A stretch of 64,000 nt of DNA from Ruminococcus sp. (GCA_024403965.1 JAKSQU010000001.1:8957-72956), one strand, 5' to 3'; numbered from the stretch's first letter, positions 28,371 through 38,726 are shown. The notes: generated by a model not told the origin, from the letters alone. Made by a program: numbers and translations.

Positions 28371-28814
28371 ATGGAAAACAAATCTCAGCTGATAGTTGCT
28401 GATTCAAGAATACTTCCCGATGTATTTACGAAGGTACTGGAAGTAAAAAAGCTTATGGCACAGAAAGGCGAAAAAAGTTTTGTTTCTGCCTGCCGCAGAA
28501 TCGGTATATCAAGAAGTGCTTATTATAAATATAAGGACAGCGTGTTCTCATATGAGGAGCTTTTTACTCAGAAGATTGTTAATTTATATCTTCTGCTGAG
28601 TGATACTCCTGGTGTATTGTCAAGCGCACTTGTATTTTTACATAATCTGAATGCTAATATTCTCACTGTTAATCAGAGTATTCCTGTTGATGGTGCGGCA
28701 CAGGTGAATATTTCACTAAGGCTTTCAGATGATTCCGACACACAGCTTGCCGGATTAAATTCAATTACTCAACTCGACGGTGTTCTGGAAGTAAAAATTC
28801 TGTCTGCCGAGTAA
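28371..28814 (+). CDS. ACT-domain transcriptional regulator (ThrR/YszB family)
   Basis: LPDVFTKVLEVK; GISRSAYYKYKD HTH; ACT motif GVLS...NILTVNQSIP; precedes hom. Confidence 0.8.
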   Translation: MENKSQLIVADSRILPDVFTKVLEVKKLMAQKGEKSFVSACRRIGISRSAYYKYKDSVFSYEELFTQKIVNLYLLLSDTPGVLSSALVFLHNLNANILTVNQSIPVDGAAQVNISLRLSDDSDTQLAGLNSITQLDGVLEVKILSAE

Positions 28815-28833
28815 TTTACGGAGGTTTTATTTT

Positions 28834-30027
28834 ATGTCAGTCAAATTTGCAGTTTTAGGTCATGGTGTTGTAGGTTCAGGTGTCGTTGAGCTTTTCTACA
28901 AGAATAAGAATAGCATTGAAAAACGTGCAGGAACTGAAATGGATGTCAAGTATATACTTGATTTAAGAGAATTTCCTGATTCTCCGTACGCAGACAAATT
29001 TACAAAGAATTTTGATGATATCCTTAATGATGATGAAGTAACAGCTGTTGCTGAATGTATGGGCGGTGTTGAGCCTGCATTCACATTTGTAAAGGCTTGT
29101 CTTGAAAAGGGCAAGAGTGTTTCAACATCAAACAAGGAGCTTGTTGCTGAAAAAGGTGACATTCTTCTCCAGGCAGCTAAAGAACATAACTGTAATTTCT
29201 TCTTCGAAGCAAGTGTAGGCGGTGCTATTCCGATTATCAGACCGCTTCATCGTTGCCTTGCAGCTAATGATATTACAAAGATTGCCGGTATCCTTAATGG
29301 TACAACAAACTTTATTCTTACAAAAATGTATAATGAAAATATGGCATTTGCAGATGCCCTTTCACTTGCACAGCAGCTTGGTTATGCTGAAAAAGACCCT
29401 ACTGCTGACGTAGAAGGTCATGATGCCTGCAGAAAAATCTGTATTCTTTCATCACTCGTTTACGGCAAGCATGTTTATCCGTCAAGTGTTTACACAAAGG
29501 GTATTTCAGATGTTGAACTTTGTGATGTAGCAGCGGCAGATGTTCTTGGATATGCAATAAAGCTTGTTGCATCTGTTACAAAGCTTGAAAACGGCAAGAT
29601 TCTTCCATCAGTAATGCCTACACTTGTAAGCTATGATAATATCATGTCAGGTGTAAACGATGTATTCAACGCAGTTCTTGTTTATGCAGATGGTGTTGAC
29701 AAGACAATGTTCTACGGCAGAGGTGCCGGTAAGCTCCCTACAGCAAGTGCTGTTCTTGGTGATGTAATCGAGGCTGTTAAGCACAATGTAACAGTATTCT
29801 CACAGAGCTGGGAATCTGTTGAAGATAATTCATTTGTTGAAAGCATCGACAGTTACAAGTCACGCTGGTATTTCAGAGTACCTGTAAATACTGTTATTGA
29901 AGACGTTGAAACATACGAACACGAAAATGGAATTTCATTCGTTATTTCCAATGAACTTACATTTGCTGAAGCAAAGGCAAAAGCTGAAAAGCTTAATGCA
30001 GTTGCATTCATACCTGTAATGGAATAA
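28834..30027 (+). CDS. hom: Homoserine dehydrogenase
   Basis: GHGVVG; FEASVGGAIP; GILNGTTN; GYAEKDPTADVEGHD; GRGAG. Confidence 0.95.
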   Translation: MSVKFAVLGHGVVGSGVVELFYKNKNSIEKRAGTEMDVKYILDLREFPDSPYADKFTKNFDDILNDDEVTAVAECMGGVEPAFTFVKACLEKGKSVSTSNKELVAEKGDILLQAAKEHNCNFFFEASVGGAIPIIRPLHRCLAANDITKIAGILNGTTNFILTKMYNENMAFADALSLAQQLGYAEKDPTADVEGHDACRKICILSSLVYGKHVYPSSVYTKGISDVELCDVAAADVLGYAIKLVASVTKLENGKILPSVMPTLVSYDNIMSGVNDVFNAVLVYADGVDKTMFYGRGAGKLPTASAVLGDVIEAVKHNVTVFSQSWESVEDNSFVESIDSYKSRWYFRVPVNTVIEDVETYEHENGISFVISNELTFAEAKAKAEKLNAVAFIPVME

Positions 30028-30091
30028 TAAATATATACATAAAAAACCGCTTTTGCTAAGGATAACAAAAGCGGTTTTAATTTTTTACTGA

Positions 30092-30628
30092 TTAATAATT
30101 TTCAGCGTTTACTTCAAAATAGCTCTTTGGATGTGCACAAGTCGGACATACTTCAGGTGCCTTTGTGCCAACAACAATATGACCGCAGTTACGACATTCC
30201 CAAACCTTAACCTCGCTCTTAGCGAATACTTCCTGTGCCTCTACATTGTGAAGTAATGCACGGTAGCGTTCTTCGTGATGCTTTTCAATAGCACCTACAA
30301 GGCGGAACTTAGCAGCAAGTGCAGGAAAGCCTTCTTCTTCAGCTGTCTTAGCGAATTCTTCGTACATATCTGTCCACTCATAGTTTTCACCATCAGCAGC
30401 AGCTTTAAGGTTTTCAGCAGTATCGCCAATACCGTTTAATTCCTTGAACCACATTTTAGCGTGTTCTTTTTCATTCTCAGCTGTCTTTAAGAAAAGAGCA
30501 GCAATCTGTTCAAAACCTTCTTTTTTAGCCTTTGATGCGAAATAAGTGTACTTGTTTCTTGCCTGAGATTCACCTGCAAAAGCAGCCTCAAGATTTTTTT
30601 CCGTCTGTGTGCCGGCATACTTGTTCAT
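30092..30628 (-). CDS. rbr: Rubrerythrin
   Basis: AFAGESQA; EKEH; EKHH; C-terminal CRNCG..CPTCAHP. Confidence 0.93.
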   Translation of the reverse strand: MNKYAGTQTEKNLEAAFAGESQARNKYTYFASKAKKEGFEQIAALFLKTAENEKEHAKMWFKELNGIGDTAENLKAAADGENYEWTDMYEEFAKTAEEEGFPALAAKFRLVGAIEKHHEERYRALLHNVEAQEVFAKSEVKVWECRNCGHIVVGTKAPEVCPTCAHPKSYFEVNAENY

Positions 30629-30801
30629 ATTAGTTTTCCTCCTGTTGTAAAAAATAATTACGGCTGATAAATAATAAATATTTATCTGTCATATTTTATT
30701 ATACCACAAATAAGATAAATTTCAATAGAATAAAAAGATTTTGTGTTATAAAATTTTTATAATACAAAAGCTGTGCATAAACATACACAGCTTAATGATT
30801 A

Positions 30802-31035
30802 TTATTCAAAAGAATCAAGGTCAATTCCAGCAAGAACGTCTTTTAATGCAACGAGTTCATCAGCTGTAAGTGTTACACCCTTGCCCATTCTTGAGTGATC
30901 GGGAGCCCATTCACGAATATCGTATTTAGGTTCATGGTCATTCCAGCTAACCATGTTAAGTTCTTTTCTCCATCCCTTTGCGTTTTCGCCAATAACACCG
31001 ATTTCCTCAGTGATTTCAAATTTAAGTTCAGCCAT
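30802..31035 (-). CDS. YdbC/PC4-like ssDNA-binding protein
   Basis: GWRKELN.VSWN..PKYDIREW...MGKGVTL. Confidence 0.85.
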   Translation of the reverse strand: MAELKFEITEEIGVIGENAKGWRKELNMVSWNDHEPKYDIREWAPDHSRMGKGVTLTADELVALKDVLAGIDLDSFE

Positions 31036-31133
31036 TGTTAAAAGTTCCTTTCTTTATTTAGTTTATATCTATGGTTTTAAACCAATATGAATTATAACAT
31101 AAAAAAACAGATTTGTCTATACTTTGATTGAAT

Positions 31134-31826
31134 TTAATCAAGTTCATTAATTTCCATATAAATACGCTGCATCTGCATATCAGTTTCTGCAATTCTTTCA
31201 GCACATTCTTTTAATTCTTCTGAAATTTCAGGAGTAATCTGTGCAGACGGCTTGTATTTAAGCTGATGTTCAAGACTTGCCCAGAAATCCATTGCAATTG
31301 TTCTTATCTGAATTTCAACAGGTGCATACTGTTTGTAGCTTGACATATAAACAGGCACATTCACTATCATATGATAACTTCTGTAACCGCTTGGCTTAGG
31401 GTGTTTTATGTAGTCTTTTCTTTTGATAACAGTAAAATCGTCACGTCTGCTTAGCATTTCAACAAGTGAATATATATCACTTATGTAGTAACAGGTTACT
31501 CTTATTCCTGCGATATCAAGCAGATTTTTCTGAGCAGACTCAGCTGTCATTGGCAGACCTTTTTTTTCAAGCTTTTTCATTATTGACTGAGGCGATTTTA
31601 ATCTGTCTTCAATATTGTGAATAGGATTTCGCTGAAATTTCAGGCTGAATTCTTCATCAAGGATTTCAAGATGTGTTTTTACAACTTTAATTGCTGAGTC
31701 ATAAAGATGTCCGAGCTGCATGAAATCATAGAAAATTCTTGCAGCCTTTTCACGAAGAGATGCATTGTCTTCAAATGGTGCGGGTAAATTATTGATAGAT
31801 TCGATATAAAAGTCCATTTCTCCCAT
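31134..31826 (-). CDS. Small alarmone synthetase (RelP/RelQ-like GTP pyrophosphokinase)
   Basis: RLKSPQS; DIAGIR; SGYRSYH; EIQIRT; WASLEH. Confidence 0.9.
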   Translation of the reverse strand: MGEMDFYIESINNLPAPFEDNASLREKAARIFYDFMQLGHLYDSAIKVVKTHLEILDEEFSLKFQRNPIHNIEDRLKSPQSIMKKLEKKGLPMTAESAQKNLLDIAGIRVTCYYISDIYSLVEMLSRRDDFTVIKRKDYIKHPKPSGYRSYHMIVNVPVYMSSYKQYAPVEIQIRTIAMDFWASLEHQLKYKPSAQITPEISEELKECAERIAETDMQMQRIYMEINELD

Positions 31827-31854
31827 GAATAATTCTTCCTTTCGTTAGTATGAT

Positions 31855-32838
31855 TTATTCGTCATAATCTCCGAAATCATAATCAGTATAGTCATTATCC
31901 GAGTAATCATAGTATGAATAGTCGTCATCACTGTCACTTATCGTAACAGGTGAACCGCCGAAGCCTGCAATAATTTTATTCAGTGCACCAATGTAATCAT
32001 CATTAGCAGCAATTGATGCAGCGGCAGAAATAACTTCCTGTTTTTCGGGTGGGATTTCTTCCCCATTGTATGCTGTTACAGTTCTTGTTTTTTTGTCAAA
32101 CAGAATAATATATCCGTCTTCATCTGAATAACGGCGTTCAAAGTAACTTTTTGCAGTATCTTCATTTGATACTCTCGTTTTATTGTGTGTTGCAATATTT
32201 GTCCGGCTGTCTGGACAGCTTTCAAGGGAATGACTAAAGCTTTTTGCTGTATCTTCAGAGAAAATATTAGCATTGTCGATTATGTTCTTAGGGCATTTTT
32301 CAGCCAGTTTAAGCATAATCATAATTGCGTCTTTGTATTCATCAACAACAAGATGCGTAGTTGCCTTGTAAAGCTCATCATTCTCTGATGTTTCATCAAT
32401 AAATCTCTGACACTGTCCGGTTTTATAAAGAATATCTGTATTATCTCCATTATTAATCAGGAAAACCATACCACTGCCTACATCGTCAAACAAATCGTTG
32501 TAAATCAGAGCAGAATATTCTTCCGGAGTAAATCCCTTTAAATCATCAGCAATGACAACAGCGGTATTAAGAAGATAGTTTTTATAAAGATAATCAGCAT
32601 AATCATTACATTCACTGTATTCAGTAGCAGTAAGAGTGCCTACAGTATCATAAATATATGCTCCGTTCTGAATTTCTATAAGTGAAGATTTTTCAGCGAG
32701 TGCCGGATCAGGTTCTGTGGTTGGCTCTGTAGGATCCGGAAATGTAACGGATGAAACCATTTGTGTTCCTTCATAACAACTGCACAATAAAAGTGATGCA
32801 GAAATAGCAGAAACAGCTAATAATAATTTTTTTTTCAA
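31855..32838 (-). CDS. Lipoprotein with tandem TPM-like domains and an Asp/Tyr tail
   Basis: Lipobox LCSC; two repeats opening YIYDTVGTL / IIDNANIF; C-terminal DDDYSYYDYSDNDYTDYDFGDYDE. Confidence 0.6.
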   Translation of the reverse strand: MKKKLLLAVSAISASLLLCSCYEGTQMVSSVTFPDPTEPTTEPDPALAEKSSLIEIQNGAYIYDTVGTLTATEYSECNDYADYLYKNYLLNTAVVIADDLKGFTPEEYSALIYNDLFDDVGSGMVFLINNGDNTDILYKTGQCQRFIDETSENDELYKATTHLVVDEYKDAIMIMLKLAEKCPKNIIDNANIFSEDTAKSFSHSLESCPDSRTNIATHNKTRVSNEDTAKSYFERRYSDEDGYIILFDKKTRTVTAYNGEEIPPEKQEVISAAASIAANDDYIGALNKIIAGFGGSPVTISDSDDDYSYYDYSDNDYTDYDFGDYDE

Positions 32839-32950
32839 AAAAATCAGTCCTTACTCTTGTATTCTCTCTTATATTTTAGTATAATTTAATAGAAAAATCA
32901 AGTCTAATCTTAAAAAAAGTTTTTTAAAACTATTTATCAGGGAGAATTAT

Positions 32951-33763
32951 ATGGATTATTGTATAAAAGGTACGGATATTATTGTTTCACAAAATGATTT
33001 TGACCTTGATGAAACACTTGACTGCGGACAGGCTTTCAGATGGCGAAAGGTTGAATCAGACTATGAGTGTACATATGAAGGCAGTTTTCTGAATAAATCA
33101 CTGCTTATTTCCAAAAAAAGAGAGAATGAGTTTATTTTTCATAACACAGATGAAAATGATTTTTTAGGCACATGGAAGGATTATTTTGATTTAGATACTG
33201 ATTATTCAGAGCTTAAAAAGCAGTTTTCAGAAGATAAAACACTTTCAGAGGCATGTAAATTTGCAGGAGGTATACGTCTTCTTAAACAGGATAGCTGGGA
33301 ATGCCTTATTTCTTTTATCATTTCACAGAACAACAATATCCCACGAATAAAAGGTATAATAAACAGACTATGTGAACATTTCGGCGGATTTCCTACTTAT
33401 CAGCAGATGTCTTGTGAAACAGCAGACAGTCTTGCATTTTTAAGAAGTGGTTTTCGTGCCAAATATCTTGCAGATGCATCACAGAAAACTGCTGATGGCA
33501 CAATAAATCTTAAAGCTATAGCTGAAATGCCGATTGATGAGGCAAGAGCTCAGCTGAAAAAAATATGCGGAGTAGGTCCTAAGGTTGCAGAATGTGTACT
33601 TCTTTTCGGAATGTACAGAACAGAGGCATTTCCGGTTGATGTGTGGATAAAGCGTGTTTTACAGGAATATTATCCTGACGGATTTCCGAAATTTGCGGAA
33701 AAAAATGCCGGAATAGCACAGCAGTATCTTTTCCATTACATAAGAAACTGTAAGGAGAAATAA
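32951..33763 (+). CDS. ogg: 8-oxoguanine DNA glycosylase/AP lyase (OGG1-like)
   Basis: TLDCGQAFRW; SFIISQNNNI; HhH GVGPKVAECV; FPVDVW. Confidence 0.88.
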   Translation: MDYCIKGTDIIVSQNDFDLDETLDCGQAFRWRKVESDYECTYEGSFLNKSLLISKKRENEFIFHNTDENDFLGTWKDYFDLDTDYSELKKQFSEDKTLSEACKFAGGIRLLKQDSWECLISFIISQNNNIPRIKGIINRLCEHFGGFPTYQQMSCETADSLAFLRSGFRAKYLADASQKTADGTINLKAIAEMPIDEARAQLKKICGVGPKVAECVLLFGMYRTEAFPVDVWIKRVLQEYYPDGFPKFAEKNAGIAQQYLFHYIRNCKEK

Positions 33764-34624
33764 ATGAAGGTTTTAAATGGTGTAAAATTCAGCAATAAAG
33801 ATTCTGAATTTATAATATGCAATCCTGATAAAAGAGTAAAAGAGACGTTTTTTTACATTCAGGAAACAGGCTGTCTGAAAAAAGAAGACTCATCACTTCT
33901 TACTTCACATGAAGAAGAAATGTTTATGATACTCGCAGTAATAAGCGGACGTGGTGAGCTTTTATATAATGGTGAAAGGCATTCAATTGCTGAGGGGGAC
34001 TGTTTTTTTATTGATTGTTCAGTTCCGCACAGCTTTGAGAGTTCAGATGATGATGCATGGGAAATCATGTGGTTTCGTTTTAACGGCAGTACATCCAGAC
34101 AGTATTACGAATACTTTTCAGATATATCGAAGAATATATTTCATCCTGATTTTTTTGACAAGGCTGTAGGCTTAATCACAGCTGTTTTAAATGAATGCAA
34201 AGCGAAAGAAAAGAGATCGGATGCTGTTGTTTCAAAACTGATTGTTGATATGCTTACATTTGCACTTACTGAAAATGATTCTGAAAGAAAGTATGACACA
34301 GGACTTAAACAAAAGCTTTCTTCAATTAATGCATACATAGAAGAACATTTCAGTGAAGACCTTACACTTGAAAAGCTTTCATCAACTTTTTATATAAGCA
34401 AATACTACCTTACAAGAGAATATAAAAAAATATACGGAAAGACCATATTTCAGCATATAATAACTGCAAGAATAAATTATGGCAAAAGACTTCTCAGATT
34501 TTCTGATAAGTCTGTTGAAGAAATAGCGCCTATTTGCGGATTCAATGACCAGAGTTATTTTGCACGACAGTTCATGAAAAATGAAAATCAGACATGTTTT
34601 TCATACAGAAAAAAATGGCGATAA
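33764..34624 (+). CDS. AraC-family transcriptional regulator
   Basis: N-terminal cupin; C-terminal HTH with CGFNDQSYFARQF. Confidence 0.9.
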   Translation: MKVLNGVKFSNKDSEFIICNPDKRVKETFFYIQETGCLKKEDSSLLTSHEEEMFMILAVISGRGELLYNGERHSIAEGDCFFIDCSVPHSFESSDDDAWEIMWFRFNGSTSRQYYEYFSDISKNIFHPDFFDKAVGLITAVLNECKAKEKRSDAVVSKLIVDMLTFALTENDSERKYDTGLKQKLSSINAYIEEHFSEDLTLEKLSSTFYISKYYLTREYKKIYGKTIFQHIITARINYGKRLLRFSDKSVEEIAPICGFNDQSYFARQFMKNENQTCFSYRKKWR

Positions 34625-34654
34625 AAAAAGAGAGCGAATAAGCTCTCTTTTTTT
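34623..34654. terminator. Bidirectional terminator (araC-family gene / rnpB)
   Basis: A7-GAGAGC/GCTCTC-T7. Confidence 0.8.
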
Positions 34655-34668
34655 ACCTGAAACAGAAG

Positions 34669-35012
34669 GACCAGACGCATGAGCATGTGTCTGTCGTGGG
34701 CGGGCATTTATCCGCTCGTATCGGCGCCGATAAGCACAAGCCGTCATTACTTGTTATCCGCCGAGCAGACGTTAATAATAACAAGCACCAATAGACGTTG
34801 CATCGGATAGGGTTTACATGGCAGTACAGTCTCCTGTACTCCGGTGAGCTCTTACCTCGCCTTTCCACCATCACCATTCATAAAGAATGGCAGTATATCT
34901 CTGTTGCACTTGCCCTAAGGTCACCCTCGGCTGCTGTTAGCAGTTACCCTGCTCTGTGATGCCCGGACTTTCCTCATAAACTAAAACGTTTCCGCTACCG
35001 CATAGTCTGCTC
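34669..35012 (-). ncRNA. rnpB: RNase P RNA, type A, with atypical 3' catalytic strand
   Basis: GAGGAAAGTCCGGG, AGTGCAACAGA, GGTAAGAGC and TAAACCC motifs; P1 GAGCAGAC/GTCTGGTC; promoter TTGACA(35049)-17-TAAAAT. Confidence 0.9.
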
Positions 35013-35026
35013 ATTTGTATATTTTA

Positions 35027-36529
35027 TCATTTTTCGTCATTGTTGTCAAGTGATTTTTCTGAAATATTAATCTGCTTAATTGTACTGATTCTGCTGTTGA
35101 GCATTTCAGAAATTTGCAGACCATCAGAAATGTTCATTGCTCTTACCATGCAGTGTTTATGTTCTTCTGAACCAATTGAGATGCTTACAGAACAAAGACC
35201 GCTCATTTTCTGCAGAAGATTCTGCTGAATTTCAACCTTAGTTATATTACTGATTGGTGATGTAACAGTATAAAAATTAGTCCATTTTGAATATCTTATA
35301 AGAATATTATCTTCATAAACTGAAATTCCGCTTGTATTAAGAGCTGCTAACTTAACAATAATAAGCCATAGAGAAGGAATTTCAAGCATTATGGATACGA
35401 AGAAAAGTAAATCATAGAATTGCGGAAGATAAAATGAAATTTTATCAAATAAAGGCAGAATTATTATTGATGCAACTAAAGGCAGAAGAAGATATGAAAG
35501 AAATCCTGATTTCTTAGTCCTATAGTCACCTTTTAGTTTGCCTTTTATTTTTATTGGTTCAAGTTCTTTTCCTAAGTTTTTTTCAAGTATTACAGGTATA
35601 ATTACAGGCAAACGGTTTGTTGTACTGCCATATCCTGAACAGCTTATATGAATTGCTACTGCACTAAACATTTTCATAATAAGGTTTTGCCTGTAATCTG
35701 TATAGTTGATATGCCTGAAACAGATATGACTTTCAATATGATTGTAAATTCCGTGAGATACTTTGAAATACCTATTGTCATATTCGACCTTGAATCTTAA
35801 ATATCTTGCAACATTTACGATAAATGAAATCAGCCATGAAAAACCAAAGAATGAACCTACAACAATCGCAACAGACGGTATATGAATAATCCAGCGATTA
35901 GTCAGCTTTTCTGTTTCTGATGTGATTTTGCTTAATGACAGTGTAATTATATCCTGTGCAATGTCACCGCCCTTAAACAGAAAGATTATAATGTAGATAA
36001 TTCCTGAAAATCCGCTTGAGAACAGATATGAGAAAATAAGGATTGAAAAAAGAGACGGCTTTGGGATTTCTGTTGTTTTCTGATTATCAGATTGAACTTT
36101 GAAATTCTTTTCTATTTCACTGCAAACCTGTTTTTTTAAAAGCAGTTTTAAATCAGCACTTCTGAAAATACCGGCTCTTGTATCGCAATGTACACGGTAT
36201 GCTCCGAATAATGAAAGATGCATTGGACTTTCAATCGTAAATGTACTGATACTTGAAACTGGAATTATCGTTTTTACTTTAATCAGAATTCCTTCTTTGT
36301 GAATGATATTATCTTCATTAATATCAATTTCAGACAGGAACCATTGTATTATACCGAAAATAAGGATTATTGCAAGTATTAAAACATCAAACCATGCGCC
36401 CTGAATCCAGTTATAGAAAAAATCCTTGTTAAACTCAAGATTTCTCAGATTTCTGATTAAAGGAAAAATAAGGAGCCATATATTCTTTACAGAGTATTTC
36501 AGAATACGAAGAGGATGTTCGTGATACAA
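35027..36529 (-). CDS. YdbT-like membrane protein with bacterial PH domains
   Basis: Alternating TM pairs and bPH-like segments (QNLIMKMF, QNLLQKMSG); paired with a YdbS-like gene. Confidence 0.75.
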   Translation of the reverse strand: MYHEHPLRILKYSVKNIWLLIFPLIRNLRNLEFNKDFFYNWIQGAWFDVLILAIILIFGIIQWFLSEIDINEDNIIHKEGILIKVKTIIPVSSISTFTIESPMHLSLFGAYRVHCDTRAGIFRSADLKLLLKKQVCSEIEKNFKVQSDNQKTTEIPKPSLFSILIFSYLFSSGFSGIIYIIIFLFKGGDIAQDIITLSLSKITSETEKLTNRWIIHIPSVAIVVGSFFGFSWLISFIVNVARYLRFKVEYDNRYFKVSHGIYNHIESHICFRHINYTDYRQNLIMKMFSAVAIHISCSGYGSTTNRLPVIIPVILEKNLGKELEPIKIKGKLKGDYRTKKSGFLSYLLLPLVASIIILPLFDKISFYLPQFYDLLFFVSIMLEIPSLWLIIVKLAALNTSGISVYEDNILIRYSKWTNFYTVTSPISNITKVEIQQNLLQKMSGLCSVSISIGSEEHKHCMVRAMNISDGLQISEMLNSRISTIKQINISEKSLDNNDEK

Positions 36530-36531
36530 GG

Positions 36532-36978
36532 CTATATCTCCTCCACTTTTCTGCTGTTTGCAGATGAAACTGCAAGTATTTCATCTGCATCTTTTTTATT
36601 CAGAAAAATAAGTCTTTGCTGTCCGCCGTATACAAAGAAAACAATGAAATTCATACCGGTGTGTTTGGAAAAAGGACTGCTAATAAGTGCATAATACTGT
36701 ATTGCAGAAAAACGTATAGACTGATGTGATTTTATGAATACACCGCTTGTTCGTATAATTTCATTATCTGTAACAAGATATTTAATTGTTTTGAAAAGCA
36801 TAGGAAAATATATAAATGCCAGAAATAAAGCTATTGCAGATATAGAAAATGCAACAATATAAGAAACAGAAAGAATTGGTATAAATAATAATGCAGCGGC
36901 TGAAATCAGAGATGCTGCCATAATTATTAATAACTGAAGTGTGGATAAACCTTTTTTGTCAGGTGAATATTCTTTCAT
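36532..36978 (-). CDS. YdbS-like small membrane protein with PH domain
   Basis: Two TM helices, then YLVTDNEIIRTSGVF..IQY..SPF. Confidence 0.75.
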   Translation of the reverse strand: MKEYSPDKKGLSTLQLLIIMAASLISAAALLFIPILSVSYIVAFSISAIALFLAFIYFPMLFKTIKYLVTDNEIIRTSGVFIKSHQSIRFSAIQYYALISSPFSKHTGMNFIVFFVYGGQQRLIFLNKKDADEILAVSSANSRKVEEI

Positions 36979-37065
36979 AATTCGCCTCCTGATTGATGTT
37001 CTTTTTTTATTGTACCATAAATATTTTGTATTGTAAATATTATTTTAAGAATTGAGGGCATATTT

Positions 37066-38361
37066 ATGGATATACTTGAAAGAATAAATCTGTTTCTGTG
37101 GGATAATATTCTCATATATTTACTTTTATTTACCGGATTAGTCTGTACAATAAGAACAGGATTTATACAGTTAAGGCTGTTTCCATTTCTTTTCAGCAGA
37201 AAAAACAGCAAAAACAAAGGAATTTCGCAGTTCAAAACATTTTCAATGTCACTTGGCACTGCTATGGGAACCGGAAATATAACTGGTGTAGCAGCGGCAT
37301 TGTCTGTCGGAGGTGCAGGTTCGGTTTTCTGGATGTGGGTATCTGCCTTTCTTGGGATGGCACTTGTATACGCTGAAAACAGCTTGTCAGCAAAATACAG
37401 TACTAAGAAATGCAGAGGTGCTGTTGCTTATTTGAAATACGGCATTAATTCACCGATGACAGCCTTGTTTTTTGCAGTAATGTGTATTTGTGTTTCATTT
37501 GGTATGGGCGGAATGGTTCAGATTAACAGTTTCTGTGAGTCACTTGCAGAATGTACAGAATATAACAGACTAATCATGTTTATTATAGCATTTGCAATCA
37601 TAGTTATTGTGACAGGCGGAGGTGTAAGACGTATAAGCGGTGTTGCACAGTTTATTCTTCCTTTTGCATCAATTCTATATTTTTCAGCTTGTATTATAGT
37701 GATAATCAGCAATTCGGAACATTTGTTATCTGCTGTTTCAGAGATTTTTACAGATGCTTTCGGAATCAAACAGCTTGTTTGCGGTACTGCCGGATATACT
37801 GTATCAAAAGCTGTGTCAACCGGAATACGACGCGGCATTTTTTCAAATGAGGCAGGACTTGGAAGTTCGTCAATATTACATAGTGCATCTGAGAGTGATG
37901 ATTCTTATGCACAGGGAATGTGGGGAGTTACGGAAGTATTCATTGACACAATGGTATGCTGTACACTCACTGCACTTACTTTGATTTGCAGCGGCAGTAC
38001 AGTAAATATAACTGAATGTTTTTCATCAGTATTCGGTAGATATTCTTCCTGTTTCATAACAACTGAGCTTGGAATATTTGCTTTTTGTACAGTAATAGGA
38101 TGGTATTACTGCGGAGAATGTGCATATATCTATTTGTCAGACGGATTTGGAAAGAAATTTTTTACACTTGTTTTTTCTTTTATTGCATCACTTGGTGCAG
38201 TTGTGTCAGTTAAAACTGTGTGGACAGTTTCAGATATTTTTAACGGGTTAATGGCACTTCCTAATGTTATATGTTTGTTAATTCTTTCAAAAGAACTCAG
38301 AATATATTCTAATAAAAACGCCGGAATTAAATGTTGCAAGAAAACATTTCATAAGCATTGA
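37066..38361 (+). CDS. Alanine/glycine:cation symporter (AGCS family)
   Basis: GTGNITGVA; GAGSVFWMW; RRGIFSNEAGLGS; FIDT; NGLMALPN. Confidence 0.9.
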   Translation: MDILERINLFLWDNILIYLLLFTGLVCTIRTGFIQLRLFPFLFSRKNSKNKGISQFKTFSMSLGTAMGTGNITGVAAALSVGGAGSVFWMWVSAFLGMALVYAENSLSAKYSTKKCRGAVAYLKYGINSPMTALFFAVMCICVSFGMGGMVQINSFCESLAECTEYNRLIMFIIAFAIIVIVTGGGVRRISGVAQFILPFASILYFSACIIVIISNSEHLLSAVSEIFTDAFGIKQLVCGTAGYTVSKAVSTGIRRGIFSNEAGLGSSSILHSASESDDSYAQGMWGVTEVFIDTMVCCTLTALTLICSGSTVNITECFSSVFGRYSSCFITTELGIFAFCTVIGWYYCGECAYIYLSDGFGKKFFTLVFSFIASLGAVVSVKTVWTVSDIFNGLMALPNVICLLILSKELRIYSNKNAGIKCCKKTFHKH

Positions 38362-38386
38362 CATAATCTGTTTTTTTCGGTATAAT
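38358..38386 (+). promoter_or_regulatory. SigA promoter for rnj, giving a ~330-nt leader
   Basis: TTGACA-17 bp-TATAAT. Confidence 0.75.
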
Positions 38387-38726
38387 ATATATGTATGAAT
38401 GTAATCTGAACTAAGTATCAGTTCAATTTGACTTTATTGGCATAAGCCATTAAATATATAAGGATTTTAGAAACAACTTATTTCTAATCCGTTTTTCTAT
38501 GCTTCAGAAAGTTAATTAAACCGTTGTTTAACGTCTAGCGGATTTCATTGTGCGGTTAAAGTGTCTTCTGCTTTTTATTACCTTTACAGTATTATATTAT
38601 CCTGTTCTGAAGTAACTACATAATTTTAAGGATACTGCACCGAAACGTTTTGTGTAGTTATCCGTTCCGAACAGTATGTTATTACACAATAATGTTCTGT
38701 TTCATGTCAGAAAGTGAGGTCACATA

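Noticed and set aside
34653-34877. 74-aa ORF
   Set aside because: Lies inside the RNase P RNA gene.
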